Part shown: in pieces, positions 1 to 7,007 of the stretch
Layout of the letters: every line of letters starts with the position of its first letter
How positions within the stretch are numbered: position 1 is the first letter of the stretch
Assembly: GCA_963718585.1 (NCBI GenBank)
Contig: OY970357.1
Coordinates: forward strand, 510,001-542,000
Length of the DNA: 32,000 nt
Direction of reading: 5' to 3'
From: Candidatus Saccharimonadota bacterium
Lineage (GTDB): Bacteria; Patescibacteriota; Patescibacteriia; 2-12-FULL-60-25
Program-made: the position numbers and the translations under genes
Notes under the pieces: model-generated
Database searches by the model: none
Seen by the model: only the letters and a program-made list of their open reading frames with translations
What the model was told of the DNA's origin: nothing

Positions 1-1323
1 GAATGGGATGTGCATTCCGATCGTACGCCAGGCAAACCAGGAGATCCCCGCCGCGATCAATGATCGGCCAATGATACTCGCATACGCCCCCACCCCTCCC
101 GCATCTTTGTAGGAAAATCCGACCCCGAAGAAGAAGAGCGCCCAAAAACTGAAGACCCCGGCCCATGCGGCACCGACTGGCCCCATGGACGGGACGAGGA
201 CCGCGTTCAGCACCACATTGATCAACACGGTCCCGACCATGGCTGTGGTCTTCAAATGCGCACGATGCGTGGCATTGAGCAGGGAACCGACCGGGAAATC
301 CATGAAGATCGGTAAGAGGACCCACGGCAGGATCTCAAATGGGGCCACAGCACCCAAAAACGCGTTGCCATAGACCAGTGGAATGATCCGAGGCGCAAGA
401 GCGGAAAGACCAGCCGACAAGGGAAAACCGACAGCGGCCATGAGTCTCAGGGAACCAGTGAATGTCTGCTTGAGTTGCGTATGTTCCTTTCGAGACCACG
501 CTGCAGCAAGTGCGGGATAGAGCGCTGCCGTGAACGTCAGCGGAAGGAATTGAAGCGCATACGTCATCTTGTACGCCACGGCATACAGACCGACCGCGGC
601 CGCGCCGTGGTATGCGTGGATGAGCAGACTATCCACGTACGAATACAGTTTGACCGCGATCCCGGCGATGGCGAACGGGACGGCCTCGCGCGCAAGCATG
701 CGGAGATCCGTCCGTGATGGGGAGATGAATCGGATCCCCATGGCACGGGTCTGACTCCACGACCACCCTACGTTCCACAGACTCCCCATGAGCAACCCTG
801 CGGCGAGACCCGGCGCCCCAAGGCCAAAGACCGCCGCAGAGATCGAACCAAGTGCGGTCAGGAGCTGACCAACGAGCATGCCGATGGATTCCGGTTTGAG
901 ATCCTGTCGCCCGCGCAACGTCCCGTACAGCGTCAGGTGCACCGTATCCGCGGTCATCACAAGACAAGCGATCGCGATCGTTGCCATCGTGACGGCATCG
1001 GCGTGCGTGGCCACCCCATATCCGAGCGCGCAGAGGATCGCGACCGGGGCGAGGAAGCTTTTTGCTCGAAACGCGGCAGCCGTCAGTTTCGATGCATCAT
1101 CCCGGCCTGCGGCGATCGCCCGGATCACGACCGGCGTCATCCCCAGATCCGCCAGGATCACAAACACCGATGTGACGGAAACGCCGTAAAAATACGTCCC
1201 TGTGATCTGCGCCCCCGTGAGCCGGGCAACGAGCGCAAATGTGACAAAAGCGACGACCTTATTCAGGGCCGTCGCGGCGATGAGCCATGCCGCATTCTTC
1301 GCAACGGTCCGCCCGTACGACAT
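1..1323 (-). CDS. MOP-superfamily flippase (Wzx/SpoVB/MurJ-like polysaccharide or lipid-linked precursor exporter); C-terminal end runs off the window
   Basis: Absent from the ORF track because it stays open to base 1. My reverse-strand translation from ATG (1323-1321) reads MSYGRTVAKNAAWLIAATALNKVVAFVTFALVARLTGAQITGTYFYGVSVTSVFVILADLGMTPVVIRAIAAG... with no stop through position 1. The profile is multi-pass hydrophobic and the N-terminus is typical of Polysacc_synt/MOP flippases. Confidence 0.7.
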   Translation of the reverse strand, partial: MSYGRTVAKNAAWLIAATALNKVVAFVTFALVARLTGAQITGTYFYGVSVTSVFVILADLGMTPVVIRAIAAGRDDASKLTAAAFRAKSFLAPVAILCALGYGVATHADAVTMATIAIACLVMTADTVHLTLYGTLRGRQDLKPESIGMLVGQLLTALGSISAAVFGLGAPGLAAGLLMGSLWNVGWSWSQTRAMGIRFISPSRTDLRMLAREAVPFAIAGIAVKLYSYVDSLLIHAYHGAAAVGLYAVAYKMTYALQFLPLTFTAALYPALAAAWSRKEHTQLKQTFTGSLRLMAAVGFPLSAGLSALAPRIIPLVYGNAFLGAVAPFEILPWVLLPIFMDFPVGSLLNATHRAHLKTTAMVGTVLINVVLNAVLVPSMGPVGAAWAGVFSFWALFFFGVGFSYKDAGGVGAYASIIGRSLIAAGISWFAWRTIGMHIPF

Positions 1324-1369
1324 ATCGAAATATTAGCTTTTCTAACGCAAAAATACCACCCAAAGAGGT

Positions 1370-1552
1370 CTAGAACCCCCAGGTACGGATCATGAAGGCG
1401 ATCAGGGCGATGGGGATCACGATGAGGACCGTATATCCCGCGAGCGCTTTGAACCCATCCGGCTCAAGGATGCCGATGAGCCGACTGAACAGGAAAAAGA
1501 AGATCAACGCGACACCGATCCCTGCAATGATAAAGAGGATCATGGAAATCAT
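1370..1552 (-). CDS. small two-TM membrane protein (hypothetical)
   Basis: The track ORF 1370..1582 starts at a TTG. The in-frame ATG at 1552 gives MISMILFIIAGIGVALIFFFLFSRLIGILEPDGFKALAGYTVLIVIPIALIAFMIRTWGF, which has two clear hydrophobic helices. No family recognised. Confidence 0.45.
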   Translation of the reverse strand: MISMILFIIAGIGVALIFFFLFSRLIGILEPDGFKALAGYTVLIVIPIALIAFMIRTWGF

Positions 1553-1670
1553 ATTCGCTTCGTGTAGCCAAAATGATAGCAATCGGAAGGCGAAAATGGA
1601 ACGTCATCCCTTGACAAACGTCAAAAGGTCTGGTAATGCGGAATGACCGACACATACGGAATGGCGAAAG

Positions 1671-1913
1671 GTGGTGAACGTGTCGAAAGCTCCTTCAGAA
1701 GAGACGGTCCGAAAGATGGGGGAACTCGGTGAGATCATGAAGAAAGAGGGGTGCACGCCGGAGATGGCGATGCGCTTCCTCGGCCGCATCGGCGTCACGG
1801 ACGCTGATATCACCTCGGGCGGTGGGTGGCTGCAGATCCTTGCAGGCAAATACCCCCTCCCCTTTCACACCGCGGAAGTCCTCGTCCGCGCGATCAAACG
1901 ATCCTCTCTCTGA
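1671..1913 (+). CDS. hypothetical small protein
   Basis: 80-aa ORF with a GTG start, one of the few plus-strand ORFs not shadowing another gene. It is followed by two hairpin terminators. No recognisable motif; the true start may be an internal Met. Confidence 0.4.
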   Translation: MVNVSKAPSEETVRKMGELGEIMKKEGCTPEMAMRFLGRIGVTDADITSGGGWLQILAGKYPLPFHTAEVLVRAIKRSSL

Positions 1914-1920
1914 CCCCTTC

Positions 1921-1947
1921 AAAAGCCTGTGCCTCTCACAGGCTTTT
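1921..1947. terminator. intrinsic terminator hairpin between convergent genes
   Basis: AAAAGCCTGTG (1921-1931) pairs perfectly with CACAGGCTTTT (1937-1947). A/T runs lie on both sides, so it is usable in either direction. Confidence 0.6.
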
Positions 1948-1955
1948 CTCATCCA

Positions 1956-1981
1956 AAAACTCCCCCCATCGGGGGAGTTTT
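1956..1981. terminator. intrinsic terminator hairpin (terminates rpsI operon; bidirectional)
   Basis: AAAACTCCCCC (1956-1966) pairs perfectly with GGGGGAGTTTT (1971-1981) around a 4-nt loop. It sits 8 nt downstream of the rpsI stop. On the minus strand it reads stem plus TTTTT. Confidence 0.65.
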
Positions 1982-1988
1982 CCATCTT

Positions 1989-2615
1989 TTAACGCTTTGA
2001 CCACTGCGGGGCACGTCGGGCGCTCTTGAGTCCGAACTTCTTACGCTCACGCTTGCGCGCGTCGCGCGTCAGATATCCGAGCTTCTTCAATGACTTCCGG
2101 AATGTCGGATTCAGCTCCACGAGCGCACGAGACATCCCGTGACGGACCGCTTCTGCCTGGCCGCGGATCCCGCCGCCATTGACCTTTGCACTCACATCCA
2201 CCGCTCCCTCCTGACCTGTCACCTTGAGCGGATCCGTGATGGTCGCCCGAAGGTCATAGGTCGTGAAGTACTGATCGAACGGTTTTCCATTCACAGTGAT
2301 CGCACCCTTCCCATTCTTGATCAAACGGACGCGCGCAACGGACGTCTTCCGGCGACCGACAGCGGGGATGAACGAACCACCCTTGGCCGCTTTACTCGCC
2401 GCGACTTCCTGCGCTTCAGCCGTCTCATACGCTTCCATCGTCGATTCAAGCTTTTCTTCTGCGGTCTTCGTCTTGCTCTTTGCCGCGGTCGTCTTTGTCG
2501 CCGTCTTGCTCTTTGCCGCAGTCTTCTTCGCAGCCGGCTTTGCTTCAACGGCAGATCCGTCATGGACGGACTTTTTCGGCTCTTCGGCGTCGGTCTTTTT
2601 GGCTTTTGTAGGCAT
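1989..2615 (-). CDS. rpsI: 30S ribosomal protein S9 with ~80-aa Lys/Ala/Thr-rich N-terminal extension
   Basis: The C-terminal ~130 aa is canonical S9 (GRRKTSVARVRL..., GGGIRGQAEAVRHGMSRAL..., ending RRAPQWSKR). The N-terminus is low complexity (AAKKTAAKSKTATKTTAAKSKTKTAEEK). Confidence 0.95.
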   Translation of the reverse strand: MPTKAKKTDAEEPKKSVHDGSAVEAKPAAKKTAAKSKTATKTTAAKSKTKTAEEKLESTMEAYETAEAQEVAASKAAKGGSFIPAVGRRKTSVARVRLIKNGKGAITVNGKPFDQYFTTYDLRATITDPLKVTGQEGAVDVSAKVNGGGIRGQAEAVRHGMSRALVELNPTFRKSLKKLGYLTRDARKRERKKFGLKSARRAPQWSKR

Positions 2616-2620
2616 AAACG

Positions 2621-3001
2621 TTAGACGATGATCAGGCGCTTCATCCGCACGGCCTGCGTGCGATTCTTCGGCAGCATGTACTTGACCGCATGACGGAGGA
2701 TCTCGGCCGGCTTTTCCTCACGCAATTTCGCGACAGAGACACGCTTCAACCCACTCGGGCGGTTGGAGCTCCGGAAATGGACCTTCTGCTCCCACTTCTT
2801 TCCCGTGAACACGACCTTATCCGCGTTGATCACCTTCACGATGTCTCCCTGATCGATGTGCGGGATAAATCCGGGCTTATGCTTCCCCACGAGGAGCGTC
2901 GCGATCTCGGTCGCCAAACGACCCACGACCTTTCCGGACGCGTCGATCTCATGTGTCTTCCGTGCCACGGTGGGCATTCCTTGCTTCTTATTCCAGGCCA
3001 T
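2621..3001 (-). CDS. rplM: 50S ribosomal protein L13
   Basis: HEIDASGKVVGRLATEIATLLVGKHKP...HIDQGDIVKVINADKVVFTGKKWEQK is typical L13. It lies immediately upstream of rpsI, as in the conserved rplM-rpsI pair. Confidence 0.93.
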   Translation of the reverse strand: MAWNKKQGMPTVARKTHEIDASGKVVGRLATEIATLLVGKHKPGFIPHIDQGDIVKVINADKVVFTGKKWEQKVHFRSSNRPSGLKRVSVAKLREEKPAEILRHAVKYMLPKNRTQAVRMKRLIIV

Positions 3002-3006
3002 ATCGT

Positions 3007-3360
3007 TTATTTCACGAACTGGATCTGCGCGATCTCCGCGCCGTCCCCTTGTCGCTTTCCAAGCTTGATGATGCGCGTATATCCACCCGGGCGAGTCGCA
3101 TAGCGCGGCCCAAGTTCTGCGAGCACCTTATTCACGGCTGACTCGATGGTCAGGACGCGCGTCAACTGACGACGGGCCGTCAACGTATTCTTTCGCCCGG
3201 TCGTGATCAGCTTCTCGACGATCGGCTTCACCGCCTTCGCCTTCGCAAGCGTCGTGTTCATATGCTCATACAGCACCAGGCTGGTCGCCAAGTTCCGGAG
3301 AAGCATCTTCCGCGGACCGCTGGAACGGTCGAGCGTCTTTCCTTTGCGATTATGTTTCAT
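3007..3360 (-). CDS. rplQ: 50S ribosomal protein L17
   Basis: MKHNRKGKTLDRSSGPRKMLLRNLATSLVLYEHMNTTLAKAKAVKPIVEKLIT... matches the L17 signature, and it follows rpoA as in the alpha operon. Confidence 0.93.
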   Translation of the reverse strand: MKHNRKGKTLDRSSGPRKMLLRNLATSLVLYEHMNTTLAKAKAVKPIVEKLITTGRKNTLTARRQLTRVLTIESAVNKVLAELGPRYATRPGGYTRIIKLGKRQGDGAEIAQIQFVK

Positions 3361-4069
3361 ACTGGAGATCCTTCAGCAGATTCAAATGGTCGAGGAGGAT
3401 CGAAACGGAGGTCTTGCAGGCTTCAAGCGGATCCAGGGTGCCATCGGTCTCGATGGTGAGGATCAACTTGTCGTAGTCGGTCTTTTCTCCAAGACGCGTT
3501 TCTTCGACCTTATACGAGACGTTGATGACCGGGTTATACAACGCATCGATCGCGATGGTCCCGAGATCAAGTTTTTCCTTGATCCGCTCCTCGGTCGTGC
3601 GATACCCGCGGCCCTGTGCCACCGTGATCTCGAGCTCAAACGTTGCGCTCTTGTCGGTCAGATTGGCGATAAGGAGGTCCGGATTCATGACCTCGACATC
3701 CGCGTTCTTCGAGAAGGCTGCGGCCGTCACGACCGTCTCCCCCTTTGCGGACAACGTCAGTTTCACCGGTTCTTCAGAAAAGCACTTCAACCGAAGGTTC
3801 TTGAGATTCAAAATGATCTCCAAAACGTCTTCTTTGACGTTCGGCAATGTAGAAAACTCATGATCCGCGCCCTTGATCTTGACCGCTGTCACGGCCGCGC
3901 CAGGCAAAGACGACAAAAGCACGCGACGCAACGCATTACCCAGGGTCGTGCCATACCCTTGGGCGCAGGGCTCGACCGTAAGGATGCCCTCGTTCGGGCG
4001 CTCACCCGCCGCGAAGCGGATCTTAGTGGGGAGAAGAAGTGACTCCATAAAATTGGGGAGAATGAACAA
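3350..4069 (-). CDS. rpoA: DNA-directed RNA polymerase alpha subunit, N-terminal (assembly) domain only
   Basis: EPCAQGYGTTLGNALRRVLLSSLPGAAVTAVKIKGADHEFSTLPNVKEDVLEIILNLK is canonical alpha-NTD. The protein ends at 239 aa and overlaps the rplQ start by 11 nt, leaving no room for a C-terminal domain. Confidence 0.92.
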   Translation of the reverse strand: MFILPNFMESLLLPTKIRFAAGERPNEGILTVEPCAQGYGTTLGNALRRVLLSSLPGAAVTAVKIKGADHEFSTLPNVKEDVLEIILNLKNLRLKCFSEEPVKLTLSAKGETVVTAAAFSKNADVEVMNPDLLIANLTDKSATFELEITVAQGRGYRTTEERIKEKLDLGTIAIDALYNPVINVSYKVEETRLGEKTDYDKLILTIETDGTLDPLEACKTSVSILLDHLNLLKDLQYET

Positions 4070-4075
4070 GTCGCG

Positions 4076-4687
4076 TTAGCGCGAATAAAATTCGACGATG
4101 CGCTGGGGCTCGAAGATCTGCTTCAGATCATCACCTTCCGGTTCATTCACGATCTTGGCGCTCAATCCCTTGAGATCGACCGTGATCCATGACGGCGGTT
4201 CAGAGGCTGCCGGCGCTTCCGCGAATAACTTCCAATTCTTCTTTTCCCGCTTGCTCGGACGGATCGTGATCGTTTCCCCGGGACGAACCTGGTAGGACGC
4301 GATGTCCACCTTCTTCCCGTTGACGTCGATATGACCATGCGAGACGAGCTGACGTGCGGCTGCACGCGTCTTGGCGAATCCGGCACGGAACACCGCGTTG
4401 TCGAGCCGAAGCTCGAGCAACTGCACAAGTCGCGCCGCCGTGTTTCCCCGCGTCTTCACCGCTTTCTTGAAATAGTTGCTGAACTGCTTCTCCATGACGC
4501 CATACACAAGCTTCGCACGCTGCTTCTCACGAAGCTGCTTGCCGTAGTCAGTCTGCCGGTTGCGGCTCGTCGGCCCATGGACGCCCGGGCCATACGGACG
4601 CTTCGCCAAAATGCGCGCGATCTTCTCGCGGCCATCGAGGTTGACGCCTTCGCGGCGCGCCCGTTTTGCGGTGATACGGAGTTTCAT
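4076..4687 (-). CDS. rpsD: 30S ribosomal protein S4
   Basis: YGKQLREKQRAKLVYGVMEKQF...LELRLDNAVFRAGFAKTRAAARQLVSHGHIDVNGKKVDIASYQVRPGE (S4 domain). Confidence 0.95.
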   Translation of the reverse strand: MKLRITAKRARREGVNLDGREKIARILAKRPYGPGVHGPTSRNRQTDYGKQLREKQRAKLVYGVMEKQFSNYFKKAVKTRGNTAARLVQLLELRLDNAVFRAGFAKTRAAARQLVSHGHIDVNGKKVDIASYQVRPGETITIRPSKREKKNWKLFAEAPAASEPPSWITVDLKGLSAKIVNEPEGDDLKQIFEPQRIVEFYSR

Positions 4688-4702
4688 ACGAGATCGGGAA
4701 GA

Positions 4703-5146
4703 TTAGACACGTCGCGGACGCGGAGCACGACACCCATTATGCGGGATCGGCGTGACATCTTTGATGGAGAGCACGTTGACATCATTGGCATTGAACGCGC
4801 GGATCGCTCCTTCGCGCCCCTGACCTACGCCGGTCACGAGGACATTCACCTCTTTGATCCCGTAATCCGCCGCCTTCTCCAAAGCATTCCGCACGACGAT
4901 AGAGGACGCATACGGCGTCGCCTTCTTTGGCCCCTTAAAGCCGGACGATCCGGAACTGGACCACGCCAGAACGTTCCCGTGCAGGTCCGTCAGGGTCACG
5001 ATCGTGTTGTTGTAGGTCGCCTGGATGTAGGCTTTCGCGTGCGAAATGGTCGGCTTCACCTTCCCACCGCGCTTACGCAAACGCGCCGCCGCCGTTTTGG
5101 CGCCGGTCTCCTTCACGGGAGCCTTGGTCATGGTCTGTTCTTCCAT
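4703..5146 (-). CDS. rpsK: 30S ribosomal protein S11
   Basis: AYIQATYNNTIVTLTDLHGNVLAWSSSGSSGFKGPKKATPYAS...VTGVGQGREGAIRAF...DVTPIPHNGCRAPRPRRV. The true start may be the second Met (MTKAP...). Confidence 0.93.
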   Translation of the reverse strand: MEEQTMTKAPVKETGAKTAAARLRKRGGKVKPTISHAKAYIQATYNNTIVTLTDLHGNVLAWSSSGSSGFKGPKKATPYASSIVVRNALEKAADYGIKEVNVLVTGVGQGREGAIRAFNANDVNVLSIKDVTPIPHNGCRAPRPRRV

Positions 5147-5158
5147 AGCGTGATCAGA

Positions 5159-5545
5159 TTACTTCTTCTCAAGCTTACGCTTTCCAGAGCCCATGGTCCG
5201 CCGGACATTGCCACGCACGGTCCGTGAGTTGGTCTTTGACCGCTGACCCCGAGCCGGAAGGCTCTTGATGTGACGGGATCCGCGATACGCACCGATGTCC
5301 TTCAACCGTTTGATGTTGCTCAACACCTCGCGACGAAGTTCACCTTCAACGCGATGCTGTTTCTCCACGATCTCGCGGAGCTTGTTCGCCTGGGTTTCGG
5401 TCAGATCCTTCACTCGGATGCTCGGATCGATGCCCGATGCCGCGACGATCTTCTTCGCGGTCACCGAACCGATACCAAAAATGTAGGTCAGACCGACCTC
5501 GATGCGCTTGTTTGCGGGGAGCGTGACGCCTGCGATACGTGCCAT
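5159..5545 (-). CDS. rpsM: 30S ribosomal protein S13
   Basis: [26 protein letters not shown]...[23 protein letters not shown]. Confidence 0.95.
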   Translation of the reverse strand: MARIAGVTLPANKRIEVGLTYIFGIGSVTAKKIVAASGIDPSIRVKDLTETQANKLREIVEKQHRVEGELRREVLSNIKRLKDIGAYRGSRHIKSLPARGQRSKTNSRTVRGNVRRTMGSGKRKLEKK

Positions 5546-5588
5546 AGTTTCTTGGTGGACCGTTCAGCCAATGTTTGTTTGCAGCATG

Positions 5589-5705
5589 TCAGCCTTGACG
5601 CTGCTTATGCTTTGGATTCTTTTTACAGATCACAACCACCCGACCTTTCCGACGGATCACCTGACAATCTCGACACATGGATTTGACGGACGAGCGGACT
5701 TTCAT
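5589..5705 (-). CDS. rpmJ: 50S ribosomal protein L36
   Basis: Below the ORF-track size cutoff, so I hand-translated the reverse strand from ATG (5705-5703) to TGA (5591-5589). It reads [38 protein letters not shown] (38 aa), the canonical zinc-ribbon L36, in its conserved position between infA and rpsM. Confidence 0.9.
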   Translation of the reverse strand: MKVRSSVKSMCRDCQVIRRKGRVVVICKKNPKHKQRQG

Positions 5706-5730
5706 GGGAAGAGGAAGAGTGAGACAAGAT

Positions 5731-5820
5731 GAGAACCTTTGATTTTGAGAGCAGTTCTTAGAGATATCGCGTTGCCCGAAGGCTTCCCGACAACGAAATG
5801 CGCCAAAATCAAAGGTTCTC
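5731..5820 (-). promoter_or_regulatory. 90-nt intercistronic stem-loop (17-bp perfect inverted repeat) between infA and rpmJ
   Basis: GAGAACCTTTGATTTTG (5731-5747) is the exact reverse complement of CAAAATCAAAGGTTCTC (5804-5820). The interior has sub-helices CGTTG/CAACG and GCC-CGAA-GGC. There is no U-run after the stem on the transcribed strand, so it is not a classical terminator. Confidence 0.5.
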
Positions 5821-5828
5821 CAAGTGGG

Positions 5829-6062
5829 CTAGAGTCTATAAGTTATCCTTCCCTTTGTCAAATCATACGGGCTGATCTCGACCTGGACCTCATCTCCGAC
5901 GGTCAGTCTGATCCGGAATCTCCGCAATTTTCCTGATAAATGGCACAAAATAAACTGTCCGTTCTCCAGCTTGACCTTGAAATTCGCGGCCGGAAGCGTC
6001 TCTTCCACGACCCCTTTGACGACCAAAAAATCCTTGTCCGCCGAAGAGTTAGATCCGGCCAT
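5829..6062 (-). CDS. infA: translation initiation factor IF-1
   Basis: [64 protein letters not shown] is the canonical S1-like IF-1. Confidence 0.95.
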   Translation of the reverse strand: MAGSNSSADKDFLVVKGVVEETLPAANFKVKLENGQFILCHLSGKLRRFRIRLTVGDEVQVEISPYDLTKGRITYRL

Positions 6063-6112
6063 ACGCGTTGTGTTGTGCTGTCATGTAGAAAAAATAGTGT
6101 TGACTGGCGGTC

Positions 6113-6141
6113 ATCATACAAAAAATACCGTTTTTGGTCAA
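6113..6141 (-). promoter_or_regulatory. sigma70-type promoter of the infA-ribosomal protein operon
   Basis: Minus strand reads TTGACC (6141-6136), a 17-nt spacer, then TATGAT (6118-6113). It sits in an AT-rich island ~50 nt upstream of the infA ATG. Confidence 0.55.
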
Positions 6142-6163
6142 AAACATCGCATGGAGGGACTGC

Positions 6164-7006
6164 TCAATGCCGGACCGGCGGGATCGAACGGAGCTTCTTC
6201 GGCTTTGCCGGATCATACGGACCCGCCCTTTCCCAATCCAACGGATAGACCGACGTGACCCGGTGCCCATCGAACGTCAACAGACAGTCTTTGATATACC
6301 AAGGTTTATCGATGAACATCTTTGTCCGAAATCGCTCTGCGAGAACCTGCATCTGCCGTTCGACCTCCTGCTGTGCCACTTCGATCTCATCCGGTGACCA
6401 TCCTTCATCTGGTAGCTTCTCCCAGATATCCTGCCCGGATCGTCCGGAGACATACGACATCATCAAATATGGATCTCCATTCACGTCCATGATCCCGAGG
6501 GGCTTTGGCGCGGGAAGTCCCATGATCTCCGCACGCTGCAGAATGCGCAATTCATGATCCGGTTCCGGCATCTTCTCGGTTTGGATGAGCTTGAGCACAA
6601 AATCCTTCCCGTCCATCCCCGGAAATTTCCATACGATCTCATTCACGGCCGACGCGCCGCGATCATCCGTTTGTGCATGCTTCAGGATCTCCCCGTGTTC
6701 CAGTGCATATGCGTACGCCCCTTCGATGAACGCAGACGGAAATTCTGACGCCGCCCCTGGCATGAGGCGGAGCGAGTATCCATCGCGTCGGACGTCGACT
6801 TCCTGCGAACGCGCCTCCTCGCTCCTGATCACCGCCAACGCGTAATCACGCAACCGCTTCTTCTCCCCCGCTGAACGCGGAGATGCTTCCAGTTTGCTCA
6901 AGATGTCTTCCGCACCGGATCGTGTCTGGATCAGCGCATTCAGCTCCCTTGCCTGTGGGAGCGGATCATGTGACTCATGACCAATGAATGCATTCTCCTG
7001 CAACAT
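6164..7006 (-). CDS. hypothetical protein with atypical protein-kinase-like/phosphotransferase-like fold features
   Basis: 280 aa. Motif order resembles a kinase-like fold: FVLKLI (beta3 Lys), HELRILQRAE (helix C Glu), DPYLMMSYVSGRSG (hinge), FIDKPWYIKDCLL (degenerate HRDxKPxN-like loop), YPLDWERA (DFG/IDW-like). The start ATG lies 1 nt after the alaS stop (TGAtATG). Confidence 0.35.
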   Translation of the reverse strand: MLQENAFIGHESHDPLPQARELNALIQTRSGAEDILSKLEASPRSAGEKKRLRDYALAVIRSEEARSQEVDVRRDGYSLRLMPGAASEFPSAFIEGAYAYALEHGEILKHAQTDDRGASAVNEIVWKFPGMDGKDFVLKLIQTEKMPEPDHELRILQRAEIMGLPAPKPLGIMDVNGDPYLMMSYVSGRSGQDIWEKLPDEGWSPDEIEVAQQEVERQMQVLAERFRTKMFIDKPWYIKDCLLTFDGHRVTSVYPLDWERAGPYDPAKPKKLRSIPPVRH

Positions 7007-7007
7007 A

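Noticed and set aside
1611-1639. TTGACA-17-TAATGC as promoter of the 1671..1913 ORF
   Set aside because: The -10 is poor (it lacks the final T), and the TTGACaaacGTCAA also forms a small palindrome. The evidence is insufficient to annotate it.
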